Shown here: positions 10,225-24,574 of the stretch, one piece after another | Numbering within the stretch: position 1 is the first letter of the stretch | Layout: every line of letters starts with the position of its first letter | Position numbers and translations under genes: made by a program | DNA from: an uncultured delta proteobacterium | GTDB lineage: Bacteria > Desulfobacterota > Syntrophia > Syntrophales > UBA2185 | Direction: 5' to 3' | DNA: 64,000 bases | Assembly: GCA_963695875.1 (NCBI GenBank) | Contig: CAVOID010000003.1 | Location: forward strand, 288,001 to 352,000 | The notes under the pieces: model-generated | What the model saw: the letters and a program-made list of their open reading frames with translations, nothing else | Databases searched by the model: none | Told to the model about the DNA's origin: nothing

Positions 10225-11989
10225 TTGAAGAGCCGCCTATTCTTCCGAATATTTGTGAGCTACGTTGTGATTGTGCTCCTTGCTGTCGCTGTCATGGGAT
10301 TGATGTTTGCCCGGCAGATCAAGGGTGAGTTGATAGAGGAGATTAAAAATGACCTGATGAGCCATGCACGGATAATAGCTTTCTTGTCAAAAAGTGAAAT
10401 TGAAAAGAAGTTATCTTCTCTGGCGGATATATCCCGCTCACGCGTCACCCTGGTTGGCGCTACGGGCTGGGTTCTTGCGGATTCAGAAAGAAATGTGGCG
10501 GAGATGGATAATCACCTGAACCGCTCGGAAATACAGGAAGCGAGGATCAAAGGACAGGGAGAAGCTATTCGTTACAGCCACACTCTTGGTGTGGATATGC
10601 TCTATATTGCTTTTCCTATCAAAGAGGGCACAGAACTAAAGGGTTATATTCGCTTGGCCCGTCCGCTTTTTGAGGTGAAAAAATCTCTTGATCAGCTATA
10701 TGGCCAGATTTATAAGATCATTCTTATCGTCATTATACCTTCTTTGCTTATCGCTTTATTAGTTTCAAAGAAATTCGTGTCTCCCATCCTGAAGGTGGAA
10801 TCATTTACCCGGAAAGTATGCAATAAAGAACTACCCGGGACCCTTTTGATCGAATCGAATGACGAGATCGGTCAGCTTGCAAAAAATATCAATTGCATGG
10901 TTCTCGAACATCAGGAACAGATACGATTTGCACATGAAGAGAAAGGTAAACTGGAATCCGCCTTTGCGAGCATGACGGAAGGTGTCCTTGTGCTCAACAG
11001 CCGGAATCGTATTGAATTTCTGAATAAAGGTTTAAAGGATATACTAGGCAAGCAATACGTTACTGACATTATTAATAAGACGCCACTTGAGGCATTTCTG
11101 AATGCTGAGCTGGAGGATGCCCTCGATCAATTCAGGGAAACGAAAACTCCGGTCTCCCGGGAAATTACCTTTGGTGATGAAAACCCGATCATTATGGATG
11201 TCACTATCTCAGCTATTCACGGGCCTTCCGGGGCAGAAGAAAAAACAATGATGGTCTTTCATGATGTTACAAGGCTCAAAAAACTGGAAAAGATACGTGA
11301 GGACTTCGTGGCCAATGTAACGCATGAAATCAAGACTCCTCTTACGGCAATTATCGGATTTATTGAGACCCTTCAAGGGGGAGCTATTGATGAGAAAGAA
11401 AATGCCGGGAAATTTCTTAAAATAATTTCGGAGAATGCCCATCGCCTCGACCGTCTTGTGGATGACCTTCTGACTCTTTCAAGCATAGAACTAGGAGAGA
11501 TGAAGTTACGCCTCAGAAGGGGTATCGCTTGGCGTAGTTGTTGAAAATGTCCTGCCTGTGTTCGAAGCAAAGGCCGCAGAGAAGTCCCTGACTATCGATA
11601 AACACATCCCCGAGGGGCTTCCGTTGATCCTGGCCGATAGAGACAGGGTGTCACAGATTCTCTTAAATATTCTCGATAATGCCGTAAAGTTCACACCGGA
11701 TGGCGGACAGGTTTCCATCACTGCGTCCGATGACGGCAAAGGTTCTGTGGTTGTGAAAGTCATTGATACCGGCATCGGTATCCCGAAAAGTGAAATTCCC
11801 AGGCTGGGAGAACGTTTCTACCGTGTGGACAAGACTCGCTCAAGGGAATGGGGTGGTACCGGTTTGGGACTGTCAATTGTGAAGCATCTGATGAAGGCAC
11901 ATCATGGGAATATTGAGATCGAAAGTCAAATGGGTAAAGGTGCCACAGTTTCTCTTTATTTCCCAATTTTTCGAGGAATTAAGGCCTAA
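10225..11989 (+). CDS. phoR: PhoR-like sensor histidine kinase (HAMP-PAS-HisKA-HATPase; frameshift near 11515)
   Basis: DNHLNRSEI, DFVANVTHEIKTPLT, NILDNAVKFT, ERFYRVDKTRSR.WGGTGLGLSIVKH; follows phoU. Confidence 0.85.
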
Positions 11990-12005
11990 AATTGTAAAAA
12001 AACGC

Positions 12006-12055
12006 AGGAAACGAGGTTATTTTTATAAAAAAAGCTTCGTTTCCTTTATTTTTTT
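12006..12055 (+). terminator. Intrinsic terminator after phoR
   Basis: AGGAAACGAGG...CTTCGTTTCCT followed by a T tract. Confidence 0.55.
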
Positions 12056-12176
12056 AAAAAATTTGCTACGAATGCCTTGACATGAAGAAATTTGTGTTTA
12101 TGTTATGTCCAAACAAAGGCTTACGATTATTTTTTAAAATTCTAAAAATATAAATATAGAAAGGAGAAGTTGGAGC

Positions 12177-12470
12177 ATGAAGATCAGACCATTACAGGAT
12201 CGAGTGATTATTAAAAGATTAGAAGAAGAGCAGAAGACAAAAGGTGGTATTATTATTCCCGATACAGCCAAGGAAAAGCCTATAGAGGGTGAAGTTGTTG
12301 CCGTAGGCAAGGGAAAAACAACAGAAGATGGCAAATTGATAAAACCGGATGTCAAAGCCGGAGACAGGGTTCTCTTCAGCAAGTATGCGGGCACGGAAGT
12401 CAAGATAGACGGCGTCGAGCATCTTATTATGAGAGAAGACGATATTCTCGGAATCATTGAAAAGAAATAA
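12177..12470 (+). CDS. groES: Co-chaperonin GroES
   Basis: [33 protein letters not shown]. Confidence 0.98.
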   Translation: MKIRPLQDRVIIKRLEEEQKTKGGIIIPDTAKEKPIEGEVVAVGKGKTTEDGKLIKPDVKAGDRVLFSKYAGTEVKIDGVEHLIMREDDILGIIEKK

Positions 12471-12497
12471 CCTGATAATAAGGAGGATATTAGATAG

Positions 12498-14133
<1,636 letters not shown>

Positions 14134-14158
14134 AAGTTTATTAATCCTATCGGCAAGT

Positions 14159-14195
14159 AAAAAGCCTCCTGCTTTTTCGGCAGGGGGCTTTTTTA
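14159..14195 (+). terminator. Intrinsic terminator after groEL
   Basis: AAAAGCCTCCTGC...GCAGGGGGCTTTTTT. Confidence 0.8.
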
Positions 14196-14310
14196 CTTCT
14201 GCTTGAAAGAGGGTCATTTCTATGATAGCTTCATCAACCGTTGATTATTCAGTGGTTACCTTAGAGATAGTATCGTCTTATCAGCAACGACCAATATTGA
14301 GGAGTGCCAA

Positions 14311-17092
14311 GTGGACTATAAAGACACGTTAAATCTGCCGAAAACGGATTTCCCCATGAAAGCGAACCTTTCCAGGAAGGAACCGCAATTGCTCAAAATG
14401 TGGGAGGATATGAATATTTACGAAAAGATCAGACAGACATTAAAAGGAAGGAAGACCTATATCCTTCATGACGGGCCTCCTTATGCAAACGGAAACATTC
14501 ACCTTGGTACGGCACTGAATAAGGTGATCAAGGATATGGTAATCAAATCGAAAAATATGTCCGGGTTCGACAGTATTTATGTACCCGGCTGGGACTGTCA
14601 TGGACTTCCCATTGAGCATCAGGTCGAGAAGGAACTGGGCAACAGAAAGCAAGAGATGTCCCATGCAGATATCAGGCGGTTCTGTCGGGCATTTGCAAAT
14701 AAATATGTAGGTATCCAGAAGGAGCAGTTCAAGCGTCTCGGGGTCTTTGGGGAATGGGACAATCCCTATCTTACCATGTCTTATGATTATGAGGCAGCGA
14801 CTGTAGAGGAGTTTGGGAAGCTCTACTTTAACGGCGATGTCTATAAAGGGAAAAAGCCGGTATACTGGTGCGCGTCCTGTAAAACAGCCCTGGCGGAGGC
14901 CGAGGTTGAATACAGCGACCATAGAACGCCTTCCATTTATGTAAAATTTCTAATGATCTCTGATATATCGGCAGTTCGTTCGAAACTGGCGGGGCAGATC
15001 GTAAGCATGGTTATATGGACAACGACTCCCTGGACGATACCGCCTAACCAGGCGATTGCCGTGCACAAGGATTTTATCTATGTCGCAGTAAAGGTGAATG
15101 GCGAGACATTGATCCTCGCGAAGGAACTCCTGGATTACTGCATGGACGCCTTTGGCTATAAAAGCTATAAAGTCCTGGACGAATTTCCCGGTTCCGTTCT
15201 GGAGGGTCTTAAGTGCAAGCATCCATTGTACGAACGTGAGAGTCTCATCATCCTTGCTCCTTTTGTCACGCTTGACGCGGGAACGGGCTGCGTGCATATC
15301 GCACCGGGTCATGGACAGGAAGATTATGAGATAGGAATGAAATACTGTCTGGACAATTACGCGCCTGTAGATGACGATGGGAGATACACCTCCGATGTTA
15401 AATACTTTGCCGGGCAGTTCGTCTTTGATGCTAATGATGCGGTCATCAAGAAATTGGATGAGGTCGGCGCTCTGCTTGGCCATATCGACATTGAGCACTC
15501 CTATCCTCACTGTTGGCGATGCAAGAATCCCATCATATTCCGGTCTACCGAGCAGTGGTTTATCTCGATGGAGAAAAATAACCTGAGACAAAAAACTCTT
15601 GATGCAATTGACAAAGTATATTGGTTGCCGGCATGGGGCCGAGACAGAATATCCGGAATGATTAAAGCTCGCCCCGACTGGTGCATCTCCAGGCAGAGGT
15701 TGTGGGGAGTGCCGATTACCATGTTTTCCTGCGACCATTGTAAAAGCGACCTCATGACAGAAAAGATTATGATGCATGTTTTAAAACTTGTTAAAGAGTT
15801 TGGAGCCGACGTATGGTTCGAGAGGGATGCAAAGGACCTCTTGCCGGCAGGAACCCTATGTCCTTCATGTCAGGGAGATAAATTTACAAAAGAAACGGAT
15901 ATACTCGATGTGTGGTTCGATTCCGGCGTAAGTCATGCCGCAGTTTTGGAGAGACGGCCTTATCTAAGTTCCCCGGCGGATATGTATCTTGAAGGCAGCG
16001 ATCAGCACAGGGGATGGTTTCATTCCTCCCTCCTGGAATCTGTGGGGACGAGGGGACGTGCTCCCTATAGGACTGTTCTAACTCACGGGTTCGTTGTTGA
16101 TGGCGAGGGGAAGAAGATGTCCAAATCCATGGGCAATGTCATTGACCCGGAACGAGATCATCGATAAGCATGGTGCTGAAATATTGAGACTCTGGGTTGC
16201 TGCCGAAGATTACACACAGGACATCAGAATTTCTGACGAGATACTTGCCCGCCTTGTGGAAGCCTACAGGCGTATTCGCAACACGAGCCGTTTCATTCTG
16301 GGGAATCTCTATGACTTTGAACTCAGCAGTATGGTTTCCTATCGTGATATGGAAGAAATTGACCGCTGGGCCCTTCATAAACTTCAGGAGATTATACAAC
16401 GGGTCAGAGAAGCCTATAACCAGTATCATTTTCATTTAGCATTATTTACGTTGCATAATTTTTGTACCGTCGACCTGAGTGCCCTTTACCTTGATGTCCT
16501 TAAGGACAGGCTGTATACATCCAGGGCGGAATCAAGGCAGCGGCGGTCGGCACAAAGTGCCATGTATATCATTCTTGATGCCATGACGCGCCTGCTCGCT
16601 CCCATACTATCGTTTACTGCGGAAGAGATATGGATATCCTTACCCTCTTATGATGGGAAAGAAACCTGTGTTCACCTGACTCAATTTCCTGAGTCGAATC
16701 CCGGGTATATGGATATGAATTTGGCTGAGGGCTGGAGCACTATGATCGCACTCAGAGGAGAGATCTCCAGGGCAATTGAAATAGCCAGGAAGAACAAAGT
16801 AGTCGGGCACTCTCTTGATGCCCGAGTGGATATTTCCCCGCCCGGAGATCTCCGGTCATTTTTGGAGACGCATCTCGGAGATTTAAAAACATTGTTAATC
16901 CTTTCCCAGATCAATATTGTGGAGGAGGGGGATATCAAAGACCCTTACATAAGTACAGAATTCGCAGGATTGACTATCGGGGTGACGAAGGCACGGGGTA
17001 AAAAATGTGACCGGTGCTGGGTGTACAGTGAGACGGTAGGCGCGAACCGGGAACATCCGGTCATTTGTGATAGATGCCTTTCGAACCTTTGA
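14311..17092 (+). CDS. ileS: Isoleucine--tRNA ligase (frameshift near 16153)
   Basis: HDGPPYANGNIHLG, WCISRQR, EGSDQHRGWF, KMSKS, C-terminal CDRC..CDRC zinc finger. Confidence 0.97.
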
Positions 17093-17099
17093 TCACGAT

Positions 17100-17190
17100 A
17101 AGCCCTCTCACTTGATTAGGAGAGGTTTGGGAGAGAGTGAAAATACTATTCATCACTCCCTCCCTCAAATCCCCCCACCTTGGTGGGGAA
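17100..17190. repeat. REP-like palindromic intergenic element
   Basis: CCCTCTC...GAGAGG/GGGAGAGAGTGA...TCACTCCCTCCC and CCCCACC..GGTGGGG stems. Confidence 0.4.
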
Positions 17191-17209
17191 AGTTTTTGCG
17201 GAGGGTTAT

Positions 17210-17710
17210 TTGAAGAACAAGTATATCATTCTTTTTGCGACGGTGGCAGTGGTTACCCTGTTCGACTTTATCACCAAGGCCTACATCAGTTCTACCATGT
17301 CCCTTCATGAATCATTTGTTGTCATTGAGGGGTTTTTAAATATAACATATGTCAGAAATCCAGGAGCCGCCTTCAGTTTTCTTGCAGATGCACCGGCAAT
17401 GTTCCGGTCAATTTTTTTTATGTCAGTAACAGTTTTAGCTATCGTACTCGTTCTTTATTATATTGCTAAAAGTAAGATTGAAGAGCAGTTTATGATATTT
17501 TCCCTATCCCTGATCCTGTCCGGTGCTGTGGGTAATCTTATTGACAGGGTACGCTTTGGAGAGGTTGTTGATTTTATTGACGTATATATAAGTTCTTACC
17601 ACTGGCCTGCATTTAATGTCGCCGATTCAGCTATTACTGTTGGAGCCGTCGTCATGATCCTGCAATTGACCAGAGGAAAAAAGAAGCAAGGCGGTCCCAC
17701 ATCCGTGTAA
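17210..17710 (+). CDS. lspA: Lipoprotein signal peptidase II
   Basis: NPGAAFS, GAVGNLIDR, VVDFID, FNVADSAI; follows ileS. Confidence 0.96.
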   Translation: MKNKYIILFATVAVVTLFDFITKAYISSTMSLHESFVVIEGFLNITYVRNPGAAFSFLADAPAMFRSIFFMSVTVLAIVLVLYYIAKSKIEEQFMIFSLSLILSGAVGNLIDRVRFGEVVDFIDVYISSYHWPAFNVADSAITVGAVVMILQLTRGKKKQGGPTSV

Positions 17711-17734
17711 TGCAGATTGGATAAGATTGTTTTA

Positions 17735-19106
17735 ATGAAGTTTATCTTCCATATAAAAAGGTTCTTATCGAGACTGCTCTCACCGCAGAGGCTTTTCATC
17801 TTCAGTTTCGCTTCAGTGATCCTCATTGGGGCTATTCTCCTGTGGCTGTCTTTTTCGTCCGGCAGTGGTCATATAACCTTTATTGACGCCCTTTTCACAT
17901 CTACCTCGGCGGTTTGCGTCACCGGTCTTACCGTTCTGGATATCGGCAAGGATCTTTCATTATCCGGACAGATTATTACGCTGTGCCTGTTTCAGATCGG
18001 CGGTCTGGGAATCATCACATTCTCTGTTGTTCTTTTCGGACTGATGGGCAGAGGCATTTCCTTTAAAGGAAGGGATATCGTCCAGTCAACATTTCTCCAT
18101 ACCCCGCGCAGGGATTTTATTGTAATCATGAAATGGGTTTTTGGGCTCACCTTTATTATTGAAGCCACGGGGAGCTTTTTCCTGTTTATCCGGTTTTACC
18201 AGGATTTTTCTCCGGGTCAGGCTTTATATTATGCTGTGTATCATGCTATTTCGGCCTTCAATAATTGCGGGTATTCACTCTTCTCGGAGTAACTTAATAC
18301 ATTATCAAAGTGATTTAGTTGTTAATCTCACCATCATGGGCCTGATCATCCTGGGAGGTATAGGCTTTATCGTACAGTATGAAGTCATCTCATGGTGGAG
18401 GGGTTTTCAGAAAAAACTATCTGTTCATTCAAATATCGTTCTTATAACGACGGCGTGCCTGATCCTGAGTGGCGCCGCATTTTTTTATATGTTTGAAGTG
18501 AATCATATTCTCAAAGATGCTTCCATAAAGACACAGATACTTACATCCTTTTTTCAATCTGTCACCCCCCGGACTGCGGGTTTTAGTACAGTGGATATCG
18601 GCCACCTGACAAATCCGACGATACTTGTCTTAATGATGCTGATGTTTATCGGTGCCTCTCCGGGTTCAACAGGGGGAGGGATCAAGACGACGAGTTTTGC
18701 CCTTCTTCTTTTGATGATCTGGAATCGACTGAGAGGACAAGAGCAGGTGAATGTCTTTAACAGGACCATACCGGGGGAGATTTTAACACGCACTATTGCC
18801 ATTATCTTCGCGTCTGCCTTTTCGGTTACTCTCATCACATCAATTCTCTTGCTGATCGGGGGCGTGGGCAATTTGCCTCCTGTAGAGAGTCGTCACTTTT
18901 TTGTGGAATATCTGTTCGAAACGGTATCCGCCTTTGGCACGGTGGGCCTGTCTATGGGCATAACACCGAACTTAAGTACCGGTCAGAAACTGGCGATTAT
19001 CCTCATTATGTTTGCGGGAAGGGTTGGACCGCTGACCCTTGCTTTTTCCTGGTATTCCCCTAAAGGGGGGTTAACATATGCAGAAGAGTCTGTTATGGTA
19101 GGTTGA
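17735..19106 (+). CDS. ktrB: KtrB/TrkH-family K+ uptake membrane subunit (frameshift near 18287)
   Basis: SAVCVTGL, SAFNNCG, PRTAGF, GASPGSTGGGIKTT, SAFGTVGLS, GRVGPLT. Confidence 0.9.
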
Positions 19107-19118
19107 GGGGGTTTTATA

Positions 19119-19766
19119 ATGAAACGAGTGGTTGTGATCGGATTGGGCATTTTTGGATCTAATATCGTCAAAGAATTATATGAAAACGGATTTGAAGTCA
19201 TTGCCATTGATAAGGATAAAGAGGCTGTTCATCGTGTAAGAGATTTTGCTACCAAGGCAATTGTTGCCGATGGTAGAGATAATGAAGTCATGGATCAGAT
19301 TGGCATTCATGAGGATGATGTAGCCGTCATTTCCTTCGGTGAGGATCTTGCGGCCAGTACTCTTATCACCCTTCACCTGAAACAGATGAAGGTTAAGAAC
19401 ATTGTTGTTAAGGCCCCCAATGAAGAGCATAAGCTCATTCTGGAAAGGGTAGGTGCAACGGATGTCATTATCCCCGAGAAGGAAGTTGCCAGCAAAGTTG
19501 CTAAAAGTTTGATCTCTCCGAATGTCCTCGATTGCCTTCCCCTTTCCGAAGGTTATATGATATTTGAAATAGCGCCTCCTAATAGTTTTTTAGGGAAAAG
19601 CATCGGTGAACTTGAGTTAAGGAGCAAATATCATATCGAAGTTATCGCCGTTAAAGACGTTCTGACTGACCAGATTCATATGGTGCCGCCGGCGAATTTT
19701 ATACTCAAGGACGGTGAAATACTTGTTGTCATTGCGAAAGAAAAGGATATTCAGAAGATAAAGTGA
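19119..19766 (+). CDS. ktrA: KtrA/TrkA RCK regulatory subunit
   Basis: VIGLGIFG Rossmann motif, RCK_C domain; directly after ktrB. Confidence 0.88.
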   Translation: MKRVVVIGLGIFGSNIVKELYENGFEVIAIDKDKEAVHRVRDFATKAIVADGRDNEVMDQIGIHEDDVAVISFGEDLAASTLITLHLKQMKVKNIVVKAPNEEHKLILERVGATDVIIPEKEVASKVAKSLISPNVLDCLPLSEGYMIFEIAPPNSFLGKSIGELELRSKYHIEVIAVKDVLTDQIHMVPPANFILKDGEILVVIAKEKDIQKIK

Positions 19767-19773
19767 GGTTTTT

Positions 19774-20070
19774 ATGAGTGTCATCGTTGATTTTTCTATT
19801 TTCCCGATCGGTAAAGAGGAGAGCGTAAGTAAATACGCATCAAGGGCAGTAAAAATTATCAAAGACAGCGGCCTGCCTCATCATATCAGGCCCATGGGAA
19901 CGTCCATCGAGGGAGAGTGGGATGAGGTAATGGCTGTTGTGAAGAGCTGCATGGAAGAGCTCTAAAGAAGGACTGTAACAGACTGTATATGACTATGAAG
20001 GTAGACTGCCGGCAAGGCGAGTCTCGGGCGCATGGGAAAAAAGGTAAAGAAGGTAGAGTAAGATTATTAG
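19774..20070 (+). CDS. MTH1187/YkoF-family thiamine-binding protein (frameshifted; end approximate)
   Basis: VDFSIFPIG.EESVSKY, PMGTSIEGEWDEVM, then RLYMTMKVDCR in the next frame. Confidence 0.8.
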
Positions 20071-20156
20071 AGCTTCACAAAAGGTCTTCATCGTGGCTCA
20101 AATATTTTTCGCATTATGTGATGTCGTACAGTTCACAGGCTCCATTTCTAATTGTC

Positions 20157-21997
20157 TTAACTGACGATTAATGCTTCCTCGGGGCAAGTCATGACCGTGT
20201 CATCCTCATTCTTAATCACCTCTGTCGCAAGGAAAGCGTTGGGCAATATGTTGTTGATGTAATACCTGGCGCACGCGATCTTCCCTTTATAGAATGTTGT
20301 ATCGACTGCATCGGCGGATATGTCATCGAGCTTCTTCTTCGCAATCAGTGCTTGCTCAATCAGACACTCGGCAACCTGGACCTGGGAGCAGACGAACAGC
20401 GCTTTTATCGCATACAGGGGTATGAGTGACCTTTTTCCCCCCATATTGTCATACCAGGAATCATAAGTTGCTTTTACTACCTCCAGGCACTGGTAGCCCC
20501 TGGCCAAGTCACGCATCTCCTTCTCGAACCCGGGGGCATTCCGGTTAGCGTCGATGAATTCCTTTATGGTCGCCATCCAGTTCGCAAAAGAAGAGCCTTC
20601 CTTCATACGCATCTTCCTCCCAACCAGGTCGTTTCCGTGAATGAAAGAGGTCCCTTCCCAGATCGACAGGATTTTTGAATCCCTGAGATATTGTTCGACC
20701 GGATATTCCTGGGTATAGCCGACCCCTCCGAGGACCTGGATTGCCTGGGAAATAATTCCGAGGCAGGCCTCACTGCCGTAGCATTTTACCAGCGGGGTGA
20801 GTATTTCAGCCAACTCGCCGAATTTCTCCGGCCCTCGCCCTGTCGCTGGAGTTGGCCTGAATATCGAGATAATAGAATGCCTTGAATACCATGGCCCTGA
20901 TGCCTTCGACGTGCGCCTTCATATCAAGGAGCATCCTGCCTGACATCTTCATGCTTTATGATCGGAACGCGGTCGGCGTTCTTCATCCCGAACGGTCTTC
21001 CCTGGATGCGCTCCGTGGCGAACTGGGATGCGAAATAGTATGCCGCGGCCGCCTGGGTGTTGGCATTGTGACCGGTGGCGATCCGGGATTCATTCATCAT
21101 GTGAAACATCATGGCCAGGCCCTGGGAATGGCCTTTTTCGTCCGGCGGGGGGCCGAGGCGGATTCCGCAGCATTCGTCGTCATCGCCGAAATTGAGGAGC
21201 GCCGTAGCCTGGGCATGGAGTCCCATCTTGTGCTCCAGGCGTGCTGTCTTGACATCATTGGGTTTGCCAAGAGTCGCGTCCGTCGTTGACCCAGATTTTG
21301 GGAACGATATAAAGTCCGATGCCCGGCAGATCCAGGAGCACCGCCCTCCGGACGTGCCAGCACCATGTGAATAGTATTTGTACAATGACCGCCATCCCCT
21401 CCGGTGATGAACATTTTGGTACCTTTGATCTTGTATATGCGCGGATCATCGGTGAGATAAGCTCTCGTCGTAATATCACCCACATCTGATCCGAAGTTGG
21501 GTTCCGTCAGGCACATGGTTCCCTGCCATTCACCGTTGAGCATCTTTTGCAAGAACATGGATTCATCTTTTTCTGTGCCGAAGCGCAGAATCAGATTAGC
21601 TGCACCGCTTGTCAGTTTAATGTAGGATGTCAAAGCCGGACATGCGGCCTGGTTGATCTCAGAGACGGCCTTGTAAAGGATGAGGGGCATACCGGTTTCA
21701 ATCTTTATACATTCGCTGCTTGATCCCCATCCGTTTTGCTGAAGAAACTTGTATGCCTCCTTGAAGCCCGGTGAAGGTGTCACTATACCGTTCTCCAGCT
21801 TGGCTCCCGTTTTATCTCCGACGGCGTTTATGGGGTTTACGATCTCCCGCGCGACCTTGTAAACTTCATTCAAAACAATATCGATATCGTCGATGCCAAA
21901 ATTTTCCTTGAATCGGTCGCATGCGAATACCTCCTCAGACGGGCAGCCATTCCTTCAGAATAAATTTCAAATCTCTCAAGTCATACCTGAATTCCAT
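20157..21997 (-). CDS. Acyl-CoA dehydrogenase, long form (several frameshifts)
   Basis: Start MEFRYDLRDLKFILKEWL; GTMCLTEP..GSDVG, GTKMFITGG, EHKMGLHAQAT, QVLGGVGYTQEYPVEQYLRDSKILSIWEGT across ORFs 21109, 20924 and 20157. Confidence 0.88.
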
Positions 21998-22083
21998 TAT
22001 TCTCTTCTCCTGTTCTGGCGCGAACCCGCCCGTCCAGAGACTTGAGATGCATAAAGTTGGAGCGATGTATTTATCCTGTGTTC

Positions 22084-23241
22084 CTATACTCTGTTCGGGA
22101 CATAACCGAGGGCGGCATTGGCCACGATCATGGTATGCATGTTGGATGTACCCTCGAGCGTTTCAAACTGCTTTGCATCCCGGAGGAAGCGTCCGCAGGG
22201 GTATTCCTCGGAGTAGCCGTACGAGCCATGAAGCTTCATGCATTCATTGGCCGCATGGACGACGATCTTTGCACCGTACAGCTTGGACATCGAGGTCTCC
22301 ATCACGTTCGGAAGGTTCTTGTCCTTCAGCCAGGCCGCCTTGTAAACCAGGGCCGCCAGCGATTCGTGCTCCATCTTCATTTCCGCGATCTGCTGCTGGA
22401 TCAACTGGTATCTGCCAATTTGTTTGCCGAACTGCATCCGTTCATTAGCATACTTGATGGAGGCTTCAAGGATGGCGCCGGACAGGCCCAGGGCACCGGC
22501 CGAGCAGCCCAGGCGGGTTGTATTCAACTGCGCCATGCAGATCTGGAATCCTTTGTTTACCTGTCCGAGAACGAGATTCTTCGGAACCTTGACATCCTCA
22601 AAGGTGATTTCCGCCGTATCGGAGGCCCACAATCCGACTTTCTCGTGAAGCTTCCTGCGGGCGATTCCGGGGAGGCTATAGTCCATTATGAGGCAGGTGA
22701 TCCCTCGGGCACCGGCGTCCTTGTCTGTTTTCAAATAAAGGAGTCCATGATTGGTTATAGTCCCGTTCGTTATAAAGATTTTAGTCCCATTGACGAGATA
22801 GTAATCCCCCTTATCTTCCGCTCGGCATCTCATACTTGCGACGTCAGAACCGATGTCCGGCTCTGTCATGGCAAAGCTGCCTATATATTCTCCTTTGACA
22901 AACTTCGGGATATAATATTGTTTTTGCTCCTCCGTTCCGAATTTCTGGATAGTCAACGCCGGGCCCCAGCACTGCATGTTGAAGGCCATCCGCCAGGAGG
23001 TATGGACCCTTGCGACCTGCTCAATTGCCAGACAGCCCTCAATGAAGCCCATGCCGTTGCCGCCGTATTCTTCTTCTATACAGAAGCCGAAGAAACCCAA
23101 GGCGGCCATTTTCTCGAATATCTCCCTGCGCCAGTACTGGTTCTTTTCATCCTCCTCCACGTATGGCTTGATTTCATTGTCGGCGAAATTCCTGGCTGTG
23201 TCCTGAATCATTCGCTGTTCTTGTGTCAGTGCAAAATCCAT
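22084..23241 (-). CDS. Acyl-CoA dehydrogenase (short-chain/butyryl-CoA type)
   Basis: FAMTEPDIGSD, NGTKIFITNG, ERMQFGKQIG, LHGSYGY, EGTSN. Confidence 0.95.
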   Translation of the reverse strand: MDFALTQEQRMIQDTARNFADNEIKPYVEEDEKNQYWRREIFEKMAALGFFGFCIEEEYGGNGMGFIEGCLAIEQVARVHTSWRMAFNMQCWGPALTIQKFGTEEQKQYYIPKFVKGEYIGSFAMTEPDIGSDVASMRCRAEDKGDYYLVNGTKIFITNGTITNHGLLYLKTDKDAGARGITCLIMDYSLPGIARRKLHEKVGLWASDTAEITFEDVKVPKNLVLGQVNKGFQICMAQLNTTRLGCSAGALGLSGAILEASIKYANERMQFGKQIGRYQLIQQQIAEMKMEHESLAALVYKAAWLKDKNLPNVMETSMSKLYGAKIVVHAANECMKLHGSYGYSEEYPCGRFLRDAKQFETLEGTSNMHTMIVANAALGYVPNRV

Positions 23242-23274
23242 AGTTGCATCCTTTCTATATTCATTCTAAAGATG

Positions 23275-24541
23275 TCATGGCCTTTCCACGATCATGCAGA
23301 TACCCTGTCCGCCGCCGCCGCAGATAGTCTCGAGTCCGTAACGGGCATTGGACCTTTGCATTTCATGGAGCAGCGTTGTAAGTCTCATCGTGCCGGTTGC
23401 GCCGACCGGATGGCCGAGTGAGATACCCGATCCATTCACATTCACCTTTTCTTCTATGTCTTTCTCGCTGAGCCCGGAGAGCCTTGCGTCGGCCAATGCC
23501 TGGACTGCAAAGGCCTCCTGCACCTCTATGAGATCCATCTGATCGATATTCAAACCCGCCTTCCTGAGAGCCTTGGCAACGGAGACAGGTACCGCCGGGT
23601 ACGTCAATGTCGGATCCGTGGCGGCAATGCCGCACGACCGGAAGTATGCCATTGGTTTGATACCGAGTTCTGTTCGTCTTTCTTTCAGATGCGAGGACAA
23701 CGACGGAAGCGCCGTCGTTCTCGGAAGAGGAATTGCCGGCGGTGCATACCCCATCCGGATAAACTGGCCTTAGCCTGGCAAGCTTTTCCATGGTCGTTTC
23801 GCGCCGGGGTCCCTCGTCTGTATGGAAAAATATGATATCCCCGCTTTTCCCCTTTCCGACAGGAACGGCAACTATCTCATTCGCGAATTTCCCGGCATCC
23901 CATGCAGCAATAGCTTTTTGGTGGCTGTGATATGCCCACCTGTCTGCCTCTTCACGGGTGATATTTTCCTTCTTGGCCGCAATCTCCGCCCAGGACATCA
24001 TCGAGTTCAACTCACCGTAACGGTGAATGGGCTGAGACATCACCCTGCCGCGCTGAATCCTGTCGTACAGGGGAATGCCCCACATCGCGAGGGCCCCATG
24101 GCCACGGGGCATGTAGCCGTATTTTTCGTGGCTCTTTCCGCCGAGGCCCCACTTGATGTCACCCGGGATGTAGACTTCAGCCTGGCTCATGCTGTCCATG
24201 CCTCCCGCAACTATGATCTCGGCGTTTCCGGTCTGTATCTGCAGAGCGCCGTAGAATACGGATTCAACTCCTGAACAGCAGCGCCGGTCGATTACGACGC
24301 CCGGAACCGTATCCGGCCAGCCCGCATCAAGGATTGCCATCCGGGAGCCGTTGGCGCATTCCCCGTTCTGGTAGGACGTCCCCATGATGACATCATCAAC
24401 CGCAGCAGCTTCGATACCGGCCCTCTTGACAGCCTCATTCAAAACGAGGCTGCCGAGTCGGTAGACTGGAATATCTTTCATGGCTCCACCGTAAGCGCCT
24501 ATAGGTGTGCGGACACAGCTCAAAATGACTACATTTTCCAT
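23275..24541 (-). CDS. Thiolase (acetyl-CoA C-acyltransferase; frameshift near 23685)
   Basis: RTPIG, RRCCSG, TAGNSS..NDGA, QEAFA, GHPVGATG, CGGGGQG. Confidence 0.93.
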
Positions 24542-24574
24542 TTTTCATTACCCCGTATGTTTTTGGAAGCCTCT

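Noticed and set aside
22042..23421. 459-aa + strand ORF over the acyl-CoA dehydrogenase and thiolase
   Set aside because: Antisense shadow of conserved minus-strand genes.
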